Origin: an uncultured Flavonifractor sp.
GTDB lineage: Bacteria; Bacillota; Clostridia; Oscillospirales; Oscillospiraceae
Direction of reading: 5' to 3'
Length of the DNA: 64,000 bases
NCBI GenBank assembly: GCA_963557075.1
Contig: CAUWDA010000007.1
Location: 2,082 to 66,081 of the forward strand
Below, piece after piece: positions 1 to 8,938 of the stretch. The notes under the pieces were generated by a model. It ran no database searches. It was given only the letters and a program-made list of their open reading frames with translations, and was not told the origin of the DNA. The translations under genes and the position numbers were made by a program. Position 1 is the first letter of the stretch; each line of letters starts with the position of its first letter.

Positions 1-879
1 CTTGTACAGCTGGGTGCCCTCCTTGGCGGTGACGCCGAAGTGGGAGAGGGCGGTGTTCTTCACGTAGTCCAGGAACTTTATCCCGTCCACGGTGTGGAAC
101 CAGTTGAACTCCATGCCCTGGGCGGCGCAGTCGGACTCCAGGCCGTCAATGAGGCCCTGCACATAGGGCAGGTAGGCCCCGGCGGTGGTGCCGTTGGTGA
201 AGAGCACGTCAGAGGGCTTGAGACCGGCGGCGGTAAACATGGCGTAGTCGGCGGGGGTAAAGGTCTGGCGCAGATCGGCGCGGGCCACACGGGCCACCAT
301 GGCGGCGGTCTCAGCCCGGGTCAGGCTGTTGCCTGCGGCGAAGGTACCCCAGCGATCCACGCCGGTGAGGATACCCGCATTGTAGAAGCGCAGCACGTCG
401 GCGTCGGAGCTGTCCGGCAGGGTGGTAACAGCGTTGATGGGGGAGAGCATGTCCTCCGGGATCACGGCGGCCAGGATGGTCACAAACTCCTGACGGGTGG
501 CCTGCTTGGCGGGGTCGGGTACCTCAACGCCCAGCTTTTTCAGATACTCCACATAGGAGAAATACCAGGGCAGGGTCTCGCCGGGCTTGGGTGTGACCAT
601 GGGGATCGGGTCTCCGGTGATGGACTCGTTCATGCGGGCGGCGATGGCGGCCACCTCGCCCACGGTGAGAACGCCGAAGGGGGCAAAGCCGGTGTTGGTG
701 CCGTTCATCAGGCCCACCTCATAGCACACCTGGGTGGGGGCGGCGAACCAGGACCCGGCGGTCACGTCGGCGAAACCGGGGTAGTCGTTGACTTTGGGAA
801 AGGCCTCCTCCGGGGAGATGGCGGCGGCGGAGCCCACCATCAGGGCGGCGGACAGGACCAGAGCAGCAAACTTTTTCAT
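1..879 (-). CDS. S-layer homology (SLH) domain surface protein, 3' end runs off the window
   Basis: Own translation: MKKFAALVLSAALMVGSAAA signal peptide, SLH-type motifs (FADV..GSWF, GILTGVD..GTF..LTRAE). AGGAGG RBS upstream of ATG 879. Absent from the ORF track because there is no stop in the window. Confidence 0.8.
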   Translation of the reverse strand, partial: MKKFAALVLSAALMVGSAAAISPEEAFPKVNDYPGFADVTAGSWFAAPTQVCYEVGLMNGTNTGFAPFGVLTVGEVAAIAARMNESITGDPIPMVTPKPGETLPWYFSYVEYLKKLGVEVPDPAKQATRQEFVTILAAVIPEDMLSPINAVTTLPDSSDADVLRFYNAGILTGVDRWGTFAAGNSLTRAETAAMVARVARADLRQTFTPADYAMFTAAGLKPSDVLFTNGTTAGAYLPYVQGLIDGLESDCAAQGMEFNWFHTVDGIKFLDYVKNTALSHFGVTAKEGTQLYK

Positions 880-926
880 AGGAAAATTCCTCCTGTACAG
901 CATCGTTTGGTTCCGGGGTAAGGGAC

Positions 927-995
927 GGGCGATTGATAATCGCCCCTACGTCCGGATCGTTTCCACACCTTTGTAGGGGCGGTTATCAGCCGCCC
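927..995. repeat. Divergent pair of GTAG-type REP-like palindromes
   Basis: gggcgattgataatcgcccctac (927-949) and gtaggggcggttatcagccgccc (973-995); a near-identical pair occurs at 58289-58340. Confidence 0.75.
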
Positions 996-1038
996 GCTGT
1001 CAGGAATTTAGACGAAGGGGGGAGGGGGAAAGTTCCGC

Positions 1039-2388
1039 TCAGTCTTTGTCCTGGATGGGAGCGCCGCCCGCCCGGGCGGCCAGACCGGTCTGGACCAGAG
1101 CCACCGCCTGGTCGGGGGTGAGGGTCTGCTGCTCACCGGAGGTCAGGTCCTTTATGGTCACCTTGCCCTGGGCGATCTCGTCCTCGCCCAGGAAGGCGGC
1201 GTAGGGGATGGACAGCTTGTCGGCGTAGGACAGCTTCTGCTTGAATTTCTTCTTCTCGCAGTGGAGCTGGGCCCGGACGCCGGCATCCCGCAGGGCGGTG
1301 GCGAAGGAGATGGCGGGGGCCAGGTCCTCAGTCATGGGCAGGATGAGCACGTCGGCGGGGGCGGTGTTCATCTCCTCGTTCAGATAGCCCTGGGCCTCCA
1401 GCACGGAGAACAGGCGGGTCAGACCGATGGAAATGCCGACTCCGGGAAGTTGTTTATCGGTGTAATATTCCGCAAGGTTATCATACCGGCCGCCGGAGCA
1501 GATGGAACCGATCTCCGGGTGGTCCAGCATGACGGTCTCGTACACGGTGCCGGTGTAGTAGTCCAGGCCCCGGGCGATGGTGAGGTCCACCATAAAGTGG
1601 TCCTCGGGCACGCCGTAGGCGGACATATACTTGACCACGGTCTCCAGCTCGGACACGCCCAGGTCGAAGCGCTCGTTTTTGCCCTTGAAGGGCTCCAGGG
1701 CGGCCATGGGGTCGGCCGCCGCCAGCAGGTCCAGCAGGGTGTCGGCGGTGTCGGGGGACACAGCGAAGTCGTCCACCAGGATGGCTTTCACCTTGTCGGG
1801 GCCGATCTTCTCCAGCTTGTCAATGGTACGCATCACATCGCCGGCCTGCTCCTCCAGGCCAAGAATGGCGAAGAGACCGTTGAGCACCTTGCGGTTGTTC
1901 ACCCGGATCTTAAAGCGTTTCAGACCCAGAGCGGTGAAGGTCTTGTAGATGATGGAGGGGATCTCGGCCTCGTTGGTGATGTCCAGAGCGCCGTCGCCGA
2001 TGACGTCGATGTCGGCCTGATAGAACTCCCGGTAGCGGCCCTTCTGGGCGCGCTCGCCCCGGTACACCTTGCCGATCTGGAACCGGCGGAAGGGGAAGGT
2101 GAGCTCGTTCTGGTGGAGGGCCACATACTTGGCCAGGGGGACGGTCAGGTCAAAACGGAGAGACAGGTCGCTGTCGCCCTTGGTGAAGCGGTAGATCTGC
2201 TTCTCGGTCTCGCCGCCGCCCTTGGCCAGCAGCACCTCGCTGGCCTCGATGGCCGGGGTGTCCAGGGGGGTGAAGCCATAGAGGGAGTAGCTCTTGCGGA
2301 GGATGTCCACCATCCGGTCGAACTGCACCTGGCGGGCAGGCAGCAGTTCCATAAAACCAGACAGGGTACGGGGTTTGATCTGGGCCAT
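1039..2388 (-). CDS. hisS: Histidine--tRNA ligase
   Basis: MAQIKPRTLSGF, LRFDLTVP, YRGERAQKGRYREFYQ, RGLDYYTG, GGRYD motifs; RBS before ATG 2388; T-box upstream. Confidence 0.97.
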   Translation of the reverse strand: MAQIKPRTLSGFMELLPARQVQFDRMVDILRKSYSLYGFTPLDTPAIEASEVLLAKGGGETEKQIYRFTKGDSDLSLRFDLTVPLAKYVALHQNELTFPFRRFQIGKVYRGERAQKGRYREFYQADIDVIGDGALDITNEAEIPSIIYKTFTALGLKRFKIRVNNRKVLNGLFAILGLEEQAGDVMRTIDKLEKIGPDKVKAILVDDFAVSPDTADTLLDLLAAADPMAALEPFKGKNERFDLGVSELETVVKYMSAYGVPEDHFMVDLTIARGLDYYTGTVYETVMLDHPEIGSICSGGRYDNLAEYYTDKQLPGVGISIGLTRLFSVLEAQGYLNEEMNTAPADVLILPMTEDLAPAISFATALRDAGVRAQLHCEKKKFKQKLSYADKLSIPYAAFLGEDEIAQGKVTIKDLTSGEQQTLTPDQAVALVQTGLAARAGGAPIQDKD

Positions 2389-2437
2389 AGTGATGCTCCT
2401 TTGCATTGAGTTAGAAGTGAGGAGATAGGAGATACGG

Positions 2438-2498
2438 CGGGGGCAGGCCACCGCCCTACTGGCTGTTGAAGCCGTAGGGGCGGTCTTTATGGTCGCCC
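2438..2498. repeat. Divergent GTAG REP-like pair between the T-box terminator and the hisS start
   Basis: ...ccgccctac (ends 2459) and gtaggggcggtctttatggtcgccc (2474-2498). Confidence 0.6.
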
Positions 2499-2507
2499 GT
2501 TTTACCG

Positions 2508-2745
2508 CAAAAAGGCGCTCTCGTCCCCTGTCACGGGACGAAAGCGCCTGCTTTCGTGGTGCCACCCATGTTCGGCGCAAAAAGCGCCCTCTGGCCTTCT
2601 GTTGCGGGAAGGGGACCGCGCCCGTCTCCGGGCCCGCTGGTAGAGCCGTCTCCCGGCCGCCTGCCGCAGGTCCTTCCAGCCATGGGACCCTTCTCTGGTG
2701 CGGCGGTGTGAACGGTACTTGCTCCGTCAGAGCGGTTTCAACTCC
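2508..2745 (-). ncRNA. T-box riboswitch leader of hisS
   Basis: Minus strand has TGGGTGGCACCACG (2555-2568), an alternative terminator (aggcgct..tcgtccc..ggggacga gagcgcc TTTTT), and AGUA and AGAGA stem-I motifs; lies upstream of an aaRS gene. Confidence 0.88.
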
Positions 2746-2749
2746 TACG

Positions 2750-2778
2750 ATATTATCCCGAAAAGAGGGAAAAGTCAA
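2750..2778 (-). promoter_or_regulatory. SigA-type promoter of the hisS T-box leader
   Basis: TTGACT-17 bp-TAATAT on the minus strand. Confidence 0.6.
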
Positions 2779-2781
2779 TCC

Positions 2782-3417
2782 TTATTCCGTTTCCGGTACT
2801 AAAAATACGCTTCCGCAGTTGCCGGTGGGATCGCCGTCTACCATTTCAATGGACACGGCGGGCTCCTCGCTGCTCAGGGTCGCACCCTCATCAGTGACGA
2901 GGATGGGCCAGCAGTGCAGTACATAGTCCGTTCCCTGGGCATGGGAGGTGATGTCGGCGGTATAGTGGAACGAGCCGTCCTTCTCCGGGTGTTCATCCCG
3001 AACCATCTCCATCAGGGCGAGCTGTACGCCGGAGCCGTCGGTGAGGCGAAGGGACAGGGAGGCGATATCGCCGGACTGTGATACCGGAGTGTCCGATTCT
3101 GGCGATAGATAGAGGTGCACGAGCACCTGGCCGTCAGGAAGGTCGGGCCAGTAGGAGCCGTGCTGCCAGGAGGACATGCCATGGATACCTTTGGTCAGAG
3201 AGACCGGCGCGGGGACCAGCTCATTGCGCAGATATTCCAGGTCTTCTGAGATCAGGCGGAGCGCTTTTCGGTTGGTCTGGATGCCGGCTTCCGCCTGGTC
3301 CAGCTGTTGGCGCAGCGCATCCACCTCAGAGCGCAGGCCATATACTTGAAAAAGGAGAAGAAGCAAAATGACGGCCACGGCCAGAAAGGACAGGGGGAAA
3401 ATGATACGTTGCTTCAT
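2782..3417 (-). CDS. Hypothetical membrane-anchored protein with coiled-coil segment
   Basis: MKQRIIF + hydrophobic helix + heptad stretch; AAAGGAGG RBS. Confidence 0.7.
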   Translation of the reverse strand: MKQRIIFPLSFLAVAVILLLLLFQVYGLRSEVDALRQQLDQAEAGIQTNRKALRLISEDLEYLRNELVPAPVSLTKGIHGMSSWQHGSYWPDLPDGQVLVHLYLSPESDTPVSQSGDIASLSLRLTDGSGVQLALMEMVRDEHPEKDGSFHYTADITSHAQGTDYVLHCWPILVTDEGATLSSEEPAVSIEMVDGDPTGNCGSVFLVPETE

Positions 3418-3435
3418 TTTTACCTCCTTTTGAGC

Positions 3436-3464
3436 AAAATGGGCGGCCCGGAGGGGCCGCCCAT
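3436..3464 (-). terminator. Intrinsic terminator of minD-mgsA, downstream of the repeat array
   Basis: atgggcggccc/gggccgcccat stem followed by TTTT on the minus strand. Confidence 0.6.
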
Positions 3465-3468
3465 CTGG

Positions 3469-3936
3469 TTTACGCGGTAAAAGGCTTGCTCTTGGGATTG
3501 ATGATATCGCGCCAGTCCAAATCGCCCCGCGCCCCACCCGATGGTTCCCATCGTGTGGGGACCCCGGTGATTTCAAATGCGGCCGCCGGAAATGAATTCC
3601 GCCGGCCTTCGGCGGCATGAGCCGCCGTACCGCCGGAGGCGGTTTGCTGGAGCGGGGGAGAAGGCCCTCTCTTTACGCGGTAAAGGGCTTGCTCTTGGGA
3701 TTGATGATATCGCGCCAGTCCAAATCGCCCCGCGCCCCACCCGATGGTTCCCATCGTGTGGGGACCCCGGTGATTTCAAATGCGGCCGCCGGAAATGAAT
3801 TCCGCCGGCCTTCGGCGGCATGAGCCGCCGTACCGCCGGAGGCGGTTTGCTGGAGCGGGGGAGAAGGCCCTCTCTTTACGCGGTAAAGGGCTTACTCTTG
3901 GGATTGATGATATCGCGCCAATCCAAATCGCCCCGC
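3469..3936 (-). mobile_element. Tandem array of two 203-bp units (142-nt structured element + 61-nt copy of the mgsA 3' end)
   Basis: mgsA end at 3876-3936, 3673-3733 and 3470-3530; identical elements at 3734-3875 and 3531-3672; GGAATTCA core; segment antisense to the mgsA junction. The repeat is seen directly; the mobile nature is inferred. Confidence 0.7.
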
Positions 3937-4292
3937 TCCAGGCCGTGGATAAGCATCTCGGCGGTGGCCACATTGGTGGCGATGGGGATATTGTACTGGT
4001 CGCACAGGCGGGTGATATACTTCAGATCCGCATCCAGGTCGCTGGACTGGGGATCGGAGAAGAACAGGACCATATCGATCTCATTGTAGGCGATGCGGGC
4101 GCCGATCTGCTGGCTGCCGCCGTGCTCATGAGACAGGAAAAGCTGTACCGGCAGGCCGGTAGCCTCGGCCACCAGACGGCCCGTCGTGTTGGTGGCGCAG
4201 ATCGTATGCTTGGACAAAATACCACAGTAGGCGATACAGAATTGGACCATCAACTCTTTCTTCCGATCATGGCTCATCAACGCGATATTCAT
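3876..4292 (-). CDS. mgsA: Methylglyoxal synthase
   Basis: MNIALMSHDRKK, GGSQQIGARI, RLCDQYNIPIATNVATAE. Some catalytic-loop residues look divergent (SHEHGG). Confidence 0.85.
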   Translation of the reverse strand: MNIALMSHDRKKELMVQFCIAYCGILSKHTICATNTTGRLVAEATGLPVQLFLSHEHGGSQQIGARIAYNEIDMVLFFSDPQSSDLDADLKYITRLCDQYNIPIATNVATAEMLIHGLERGDLDWRDIINPKSKPFTA

Positions 4293-4324
4293 AGTACACC
4301 TTCTCTTCCTTTCTGTGTCTGTAG

Positions 4325-5068
4325 TCAGGCCCGCAGCTTCATCAGCGGGACCCGCTGACCCGTCAGCCGCTTGGCGATATTCAGGTAGGCGATGGCTGCG
4401 CCACGGCTGGCGCACAGGATGAGCGGCTCCCCGCGGTTGCCGCTGAGAATGACCTGGGGGTCCTCCGGCACGATGCCCAGCAGGGGCAGGCCGGCGGTAT
4501 CCATGGCGTCGTCAATGGTGGTGTGGAGCCGCCGCAGCAGCTTGGGCTGCACCCGATTGACCACCAGATGGAGCTGAGGCAGGCGGGTGCGCAGCACGGA
4601 TACGGTGCGCTGGGCGTCCCGCAAGGCGGAGGCGTCGGTGGTGGAGACCACCACGGCCCGGTCCGCCGCACAGCAGGCCAGCCGGAATCCCTCGCCCAGC
4701 CCGGCAGGGGAGTCCATCAGGATGTAGTCGTATTTCTGCCTGGCCTGACGAACCATGTCCCGCATGGCGTGTTCGCTGAGCGGCTCCTCCGGCAGGGTCA
4801 CCGGCGCGGTGATGAGACTCAGCCCCTGGATCACAGGGTGGGGGACAGCCGCCCGCTCCAGGGAGCAGCGCCCGCTGAGCACATCGGTAAAGTCCATCAG
4901 AGCCCGGTCACTGAGGCCCAGATTCAGGTCCAGGTTACGCAGGCCGATGTCCATGTCGATACACAGGACCTGGTGGCCCAGGGCGGCCAGACAGGAGGCG
5001 ACGCCGCCGGTCAAAGAGGTTTTTCCCGTGCCGCCCTTGCCTGAGGTGATGACGATTGCTGTGGACAT
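4325..5068 (-). CDS. minD: Septum site-determining ATPase MinD
   Basis: ITSGKGGTGKT, DMDIGLRNLDL, DSPAG motifs; followed by mgsA. Confidence 0.88.
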   Translation of the reverse strand: MSTAIVITSGKGGTGKTSLTGGVASCLAALGHQVLCIDMDIGLRNLDLNLGLSDRALMDFTDVLSGRCSLERAAVPHPVIQGLSLITAPVTLPEEPLSEHAMRDMVRQARQKYDYILMDSPAGLGEGFRLACCAADRAVVVSTTDASALRDAQRTVSVLRTRLPQLHLVVNRVQPKLLRRLHTTIDDAMDTAGLPLLGIVPEDPQVILSGNRGEPLILCASRGAAIAYLNIAKRLTGQRVPLMKLRA

Positions 5069-5158
5069 AGGCTCACTCCCGACATACAAGATTAGAATAA
5101 CACATTCTTTGAGGGGACGCAATGGATAACTGCGCCCTTTTGCCCGAAAATTCGGACC

Positions 5159-5920
5159 TTAAAGGGGGGATTTCTGCATTTTGGCCCACCGGCGGGGATA
5201 GTTCTGGGGGGTGGGGGAGACCTTCTCCACCACCACGACCCGGTGCTTCACGCCGGTGCCGGGGATCTCATAGTCCACCCGGGGGAGCAGACGGCCGCCC
5301 AGCTTGGCAATGGCCCGTGCCGCCCGGTCGATCTCGTCGCCGCTGTCCACGCTCTTCATGGCCAGGAACTTGCCCCCAACCTTGACATAGGGTAGGCACA
5401 GCTCGCTCAGGAGCTCCAGAGAGGCCACCGCCCGGGACACGGCGAAGTCAAAGCTGTCCCGGAAGCCCTCTTCGTGGGCCTGCTCCTCGCCGCGGGCGTG
5501 GAGACAGGTCACGCTGGTAAGGGAAAGCACTTTACAGACGGACTCCAGCCAGGTGACCCGCTTACCCAAACTGTCCAGCAGAGTGACGTTGAGGGTGGGC
5601 TCCAGGATCTTCAGAGGCATACCGGGGAAGCCGGCGCCGGTGCCCACGTCGATGAGAGTCTTATTTTTGAAGTCCTCCCCGATGGTGAGCAGGGCGGCGC
5701 AGTCCAGGAAATGGAGATCCACCACCTGGTCGGGATCGGTGATGGCGGTCAGATTCATGACCTGGTTCTGTTCCAGCAGCATGGCGCCATATTGGGCCAG
5801 AGCCTCAGCGCCCCCCGGCGTGTGGATACCCAGGGTCTCCAGACCCTGCTGAATGCGGGGCAGCTGAGCATCCAGACAGAGGGATGTGGAAGTCTGGGTG
5901 GTGTTTTTCTCGTCGGCCAT
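5159..5920 (-). CDS. rsmG: 16S rRNA m7G527 methyltransferase
   Basis: MNLTAIT..HFLD, DVGTGAGFPG, SRAVA, RRWAKMQKSPL. Confidence 0.95.
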   Translation of the reverse strand: MADEKNTTQTSTSLCLDAQLPRIQQGLETLGIHTPGGAEALAQYGAMLLEQNQVMNLTAITDPDQVVDLHFLDCAALLTIGEDFKNKTLIDVGTGAGFPGMPLKILEPTLNVTLLDSLGKRVTWLESVCKVLSLTSVTCLHARGEEQAHEEGFRDSFDFAVSRAVASLELLSELCLPYVKVGGKFLAMKSVDSGDEIDRAARAIAKLGGRLLPRVDYEIPGTGVKHRVVVVEKVSPTPQNYPRRWAKMQKSPL

Positions 5921-5983
5921 GGATTTGACTCCTTTTTCAGATACTTTTCCCCAAAGAGGGGAGGGGATGTGGAAAAACGGCCC

Positions 5984-6622
5984 TTAGTTCAGGGCGATCC
6001 GGTAGACAGTGCCGTCTTTTTCCGCAAAGGCATACCCGTTTTCATCCACCGGTCCGGTCCAGTCAAAGATCTGGGGGGTGACCGGCTGGAAGTTGATGTC
6101 CATGTAATGAGTGGTGCAGGGGAAATAGCCGTTGCTCAGGGTGATGTTCCAGTCTCCAAAGGCTCTGCTGTCCTCAGAAACCGGTTTGCCGTCGGCGAAG
6201 AGCCAGACGCCGTCGTCTTTCTGGATGCTGGCGCTGTAGAAGAGCGGACCGCCGCGGTGCCTCAGAGACGTCCACTGACAGGGAATGATCAGCTTTCCTG
6301 TGGTGTCGATGACGCCACAGCCGCTGTCCCGACGGACGATGGCGTAGCCGTCGGCGTTAAAGGTCCCATAAGCGTCCACACCGCTGAGGATACCGGCCTG
6401 ATAGAGAGGCTGGACCGTGTCCTTTGGGTGGTCTTTACAGTCGGGGAAGGTGGCGACATCATTGATGGGCTCCAACAGGTCGCCGGACACCGGACTGAGC
6501 AGCTTTGCGAAATCCAACTGGGTGACGGTTTCGCCCAGGCCGTTGATCTGGTCGGGATCGGTATGGAGTACGCTCTCCAGATAGTAGGCGGTGGACGGGT
6601 CCTGCTGGAGACCGACGGACAT
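5984..6622 (-). pseudogene. Probable remnant of an SLH/WG-repeat surface protein
   Basis: Partial SLH (LYQAGILSGVDAYGTF) joined directly to WG-repeat-like DGYAIVR..GVIDTTGK.IIP; no signal peptide and no clear RBS. Confidence 0.45.
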
Positions 6623-6706
6623 GCCGTCAGCCCGGGTGAGGACTATCTGGCCCCACTCCGCCGGCGCTTCGGGCGGCGGGACCTGCCGTCCCAGGGCTTG
6701 TTCAGA

Positions 6707-7060
6707 TCACAGACCGAAATTGGCCAGCAGGGGAGGGACGCCCAGGATCAGGCTGACGACAAAACCGACAGCGCAGAGGACCGCCAGGACTACCATGGTG
6801 GCCCTGCGGGCGTGGGTGCTGTCCGGATGGCGGGCCAGATAGACCGCCATGGCGAAGATGCCGCCAATGCCGGGACAGGCGAAGAGAGGGGCGATGCCGG
6901 TGAGGTATTCGCCCTGGTTGAAAAAGGGATACACGTTGAGCAAGACGAAGCCCACCATGTAGACCACGCCCACCCAGGCCATGATGCGCTTGATGGGGGA
7001 GGCGGGGACAAAGGGTTCCTGCTCCTCCTGGGGGATCTGGTTTTCCGGTTGTTCACTCAT
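6707..7060 (-). CDS. Small membrane protein (3 TM), unknown function
   Basis: ORF overlapping the mscL stop; three hydrophobic segments. Confidence 0.7.
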   Translation of the reverse strand: MSEQPENQIPQEEQEPFVPASPIKRIMAWVGVVYMVGFVLLNVYPFFNQGEYLTGIAPLFACPGIGGIFAMAVYLARHPDSTHARRATMVVLAVLCAVGFVVSLILGVPPLLANFGL

Positions 7061-7478
7061 GGTGTTGCTCCTTCAGCAGGTCACGGATCTCGGTGAGCAG
7101 CTTTTCCTCAGCGGAGGGCTCCGGCGGGGCAGGGGGCGGGGCGGGAGATTCATCCTTTTTGCGGTGGAACTTGTTCAAACCCTTGATGATGCAGAAAACG
7201 ACAAAGGCCATGATGAGGAAGTTCAGGATGGCATTGATGAAATTGCCCACCATCATATCCCCGCCGCCGGGGAGGTGGATCGCCAGGTTGGCCAGATCGT
7301 TGCTTCCGCTGGTGAAGATACCCAGGACAGGGTTGATGATGTCGTTTACCAGGGAATCGGCGATGGCCTTGAATGCGCCGCCGATGATGACGCCGACAGC
7401 CATATCCATTACGCTGCCCCGGGCGATGAACTGCTTGAACTCGGCCACAAAGCCGGTGGTTTTTTCTTTTGTTGACAT
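7053..7478 (-). CDS. mscL: Large-conductance mechanosensitive channel
   Basis: EFKQFIARGSVMDMAVGVIIGGAF ... LLTEIRDLL. Confidence 0.95.
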   Translation of the reverse strand: MSTKEKTTGFVAEFKQFIARGSVMDMAVGVIIGGAFKAIADSLVNDIINPVLGIFTSGSNDLANLAIHLPGGGDMMVGNFINAILNFLIMAFVVFCIIKGLNKFHRKKDESPAPPPAPPEPSAEEKLLTEIRDLLKEQHHE

Positions 7479-7518
7479 AAGTTCTCCTTATTCCGATGCG
7501 GTTAAGGGAGGGAGGGGA

Positions 7519-8820
7519 TCAGGCCTTGGGGGTGAGCACTTCCTTGCCGCCCATGTAGGGGCGCAGAGGGGCGGGGATCTTCACGGAGCCGTCGGCCTGG
7601 AGGTTGTTCTCCAGGAAGGCAATGAGCATCCGGGGCGGGGCCACCACGGTGTTGTTCAGGGTGTGGGGCAGGTAGGTGCCCTTCTCGCCCTTGACCCGCA
7701 TCTTCAGGCGGCGGGCCTGAGCGTCGCCCAGGTTGGAGCAGGAGCACACCTCGAAGTACTTCTGCTGACGGGGGGACCAGGCCTCGATGTCGCAGCTCTT
7801 CACCTTCAGGTCGGCCAGGTCGCCGGAGCAGCACTCCAGCTGGCGAACGGGGATATCCAGGGAGCGGAAGAGCTCCACGGAGTAGCGCCACATCTGCTCA
7901 TACCACTGCATAGAGTCCTCGGGCTTGCAGACGACCACCATCTCCTGCTTCTCAAACTGGTGGATGCGGTACACGCCCCGCTCCTCGATGCCGTGGGCGC
8001 CCTTCTCCTTGCGGAAGCAGGGGGAGTAGGAGGTGAGGGTCTGGGGCAGCTTGTCCTCGGGGATGATCTGGTCGATGAATTTGCCGATCATGGAGTGCTC
8101 GGAGGTGCCGATGAGGTAGAGGTCCTCGCCCTCGATCTTGTACATCATGGCGTCCATCTCGGTCTGGGACATGACGCCCTCCACCACGTTGCCGTGGATC
8201 ATGAAGGGGGGGACACAGAAGATAAAGCCCTTATCGATCATGAAGTCACGGGCATAGGCCAGCACCGCCTCGTGAAGGCGGGCGATGTCGCCCATCAGGT
8301 AGTAGAAGCCGTTGCCGGACACCCGGCCGGCGGCGTCCATGTCGATGCCGTCAAAGGCCTCCATGATCTGAGTGTGGTAGGGGATCTCAAAGTCGGGGGT
8401 CACCGGCTCGCCGAAGCGCTGGACCTCCACGTTGCAGGAGTCGTCGGGGCCGATGGGCACGGAGGGGTCGATGATGTTGGGGATCTGGAGCATGATGTGG
8501 CGGATCTCCTCTGCCAGCTCGGTCTCCCGGTTTTCCAGCCAGGCCAGCTGGTCGGCGTCCGCCTTGACCTCGGCCTTCAGGGCCTCGGCCTCCGCCAGCT
8601 TGGAGGGGTCCTTCTTGGACTGGCCCATCAGTACGCCCACCTGCTTGCTCTTGGCGTTGCGGGTGGTGCGCAGGTCCTGAGCCTCCTGGATGGTCTTGCG
8701 GTTCTCGGCGTCCAGGGCGATGACCTGGTCCACCAGAGGCAGCTTCTGGTCCTGGAATTTCTTCTTGATATTTTCCTTGACGATCTCGGGGTTTTCCCGA
8801 ACAAATTTGATATCCAGCAT
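7519..8820 (-). CDS. serS: Serine--tRNA ligase
   Basis: MLDIKFVREN, LIGTSE, CFRKEKG..RGVYRIHQFEKQE, HTLNNT. Confidence 0.97.
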   Translation of the reverse strand: MLDIKFVRENPEIVKENIKKKFQDQKLPLVDQVIALDAENRKTIQEAQDLRTTRNAKSKQVGVLMGQSKKDPSKLAEAEALKAEVKADADQLAWLENRETELAEEIRHIMLQIPNIIDPSVPIGPDDSCNVEVQRFGEPVTPDFEIPYHTQIMEAFDGIDMDAAGRVSGNGFYYLMGDIARLHEAVLAYARDFMIDKGFIFCVPPFMIHGNVVEGVMSQTEMDAMMYKIEGEDLYLIGTSEHSMIGKFIDQIIPEDKLPQTLTSYSPCFRKEKGAHGIEERGVYRIHQFEKQEMVVVCKPEDSMQWYEQMWRYSVELFRSLDIPVRQLECCSGDLADLKVKSCDIEAWSPRQQKYFEVCSCSNLGDAQARRLKMRVKGEKGTYLPHTLNNTVVAPPRMLIAFLENNLQADGSVKIPAPLRPYMGGKEVLTPKA

Positions 8821-8890
8821 TGTTACTCAACCTTTCTTTATATCGGTAGACTGTTCTGAGTGAGGAGATAGAATACAGGAGATGTGAGTT

Positions 8891-8906
8891 TGTTCCACGT
8901 GAAACA
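8891..8906. promoter_or_regulatory. parS site
   Basis: TGTTCCACGTGAAACA matches the Firmicute parS consensus; 0.6 kb from parB. Confidence 0.9.
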
Positions 8907-8938
8907 TGAAAGATCTCCTGTCTCTTCAACCCTTACTG

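Noticed and set aside
3531-3875. Known ribozyme or intron class for the element core
   Set aside because: I found no hammerhead CUGAUGA/GAAA core, no group II GUGYG/AY ends and no group I catalytic core by eye. A covariance search is still needed.
3469-3936. Possible CRISPR or TIGR-like array, or real ORFs in the repeats (3573-3821, 3577-3798 and others)
   Set aside because: There are only two identical units with gene-tail copies. The ORFs arise from GC-rich palindromic DNA.
6707-6709. Selenocysteine read-through of UGA joining two ORFs
   Set aside because: There is no redox motif or recognisable SECIS; an in-frame position has a 1-in-3 chance.
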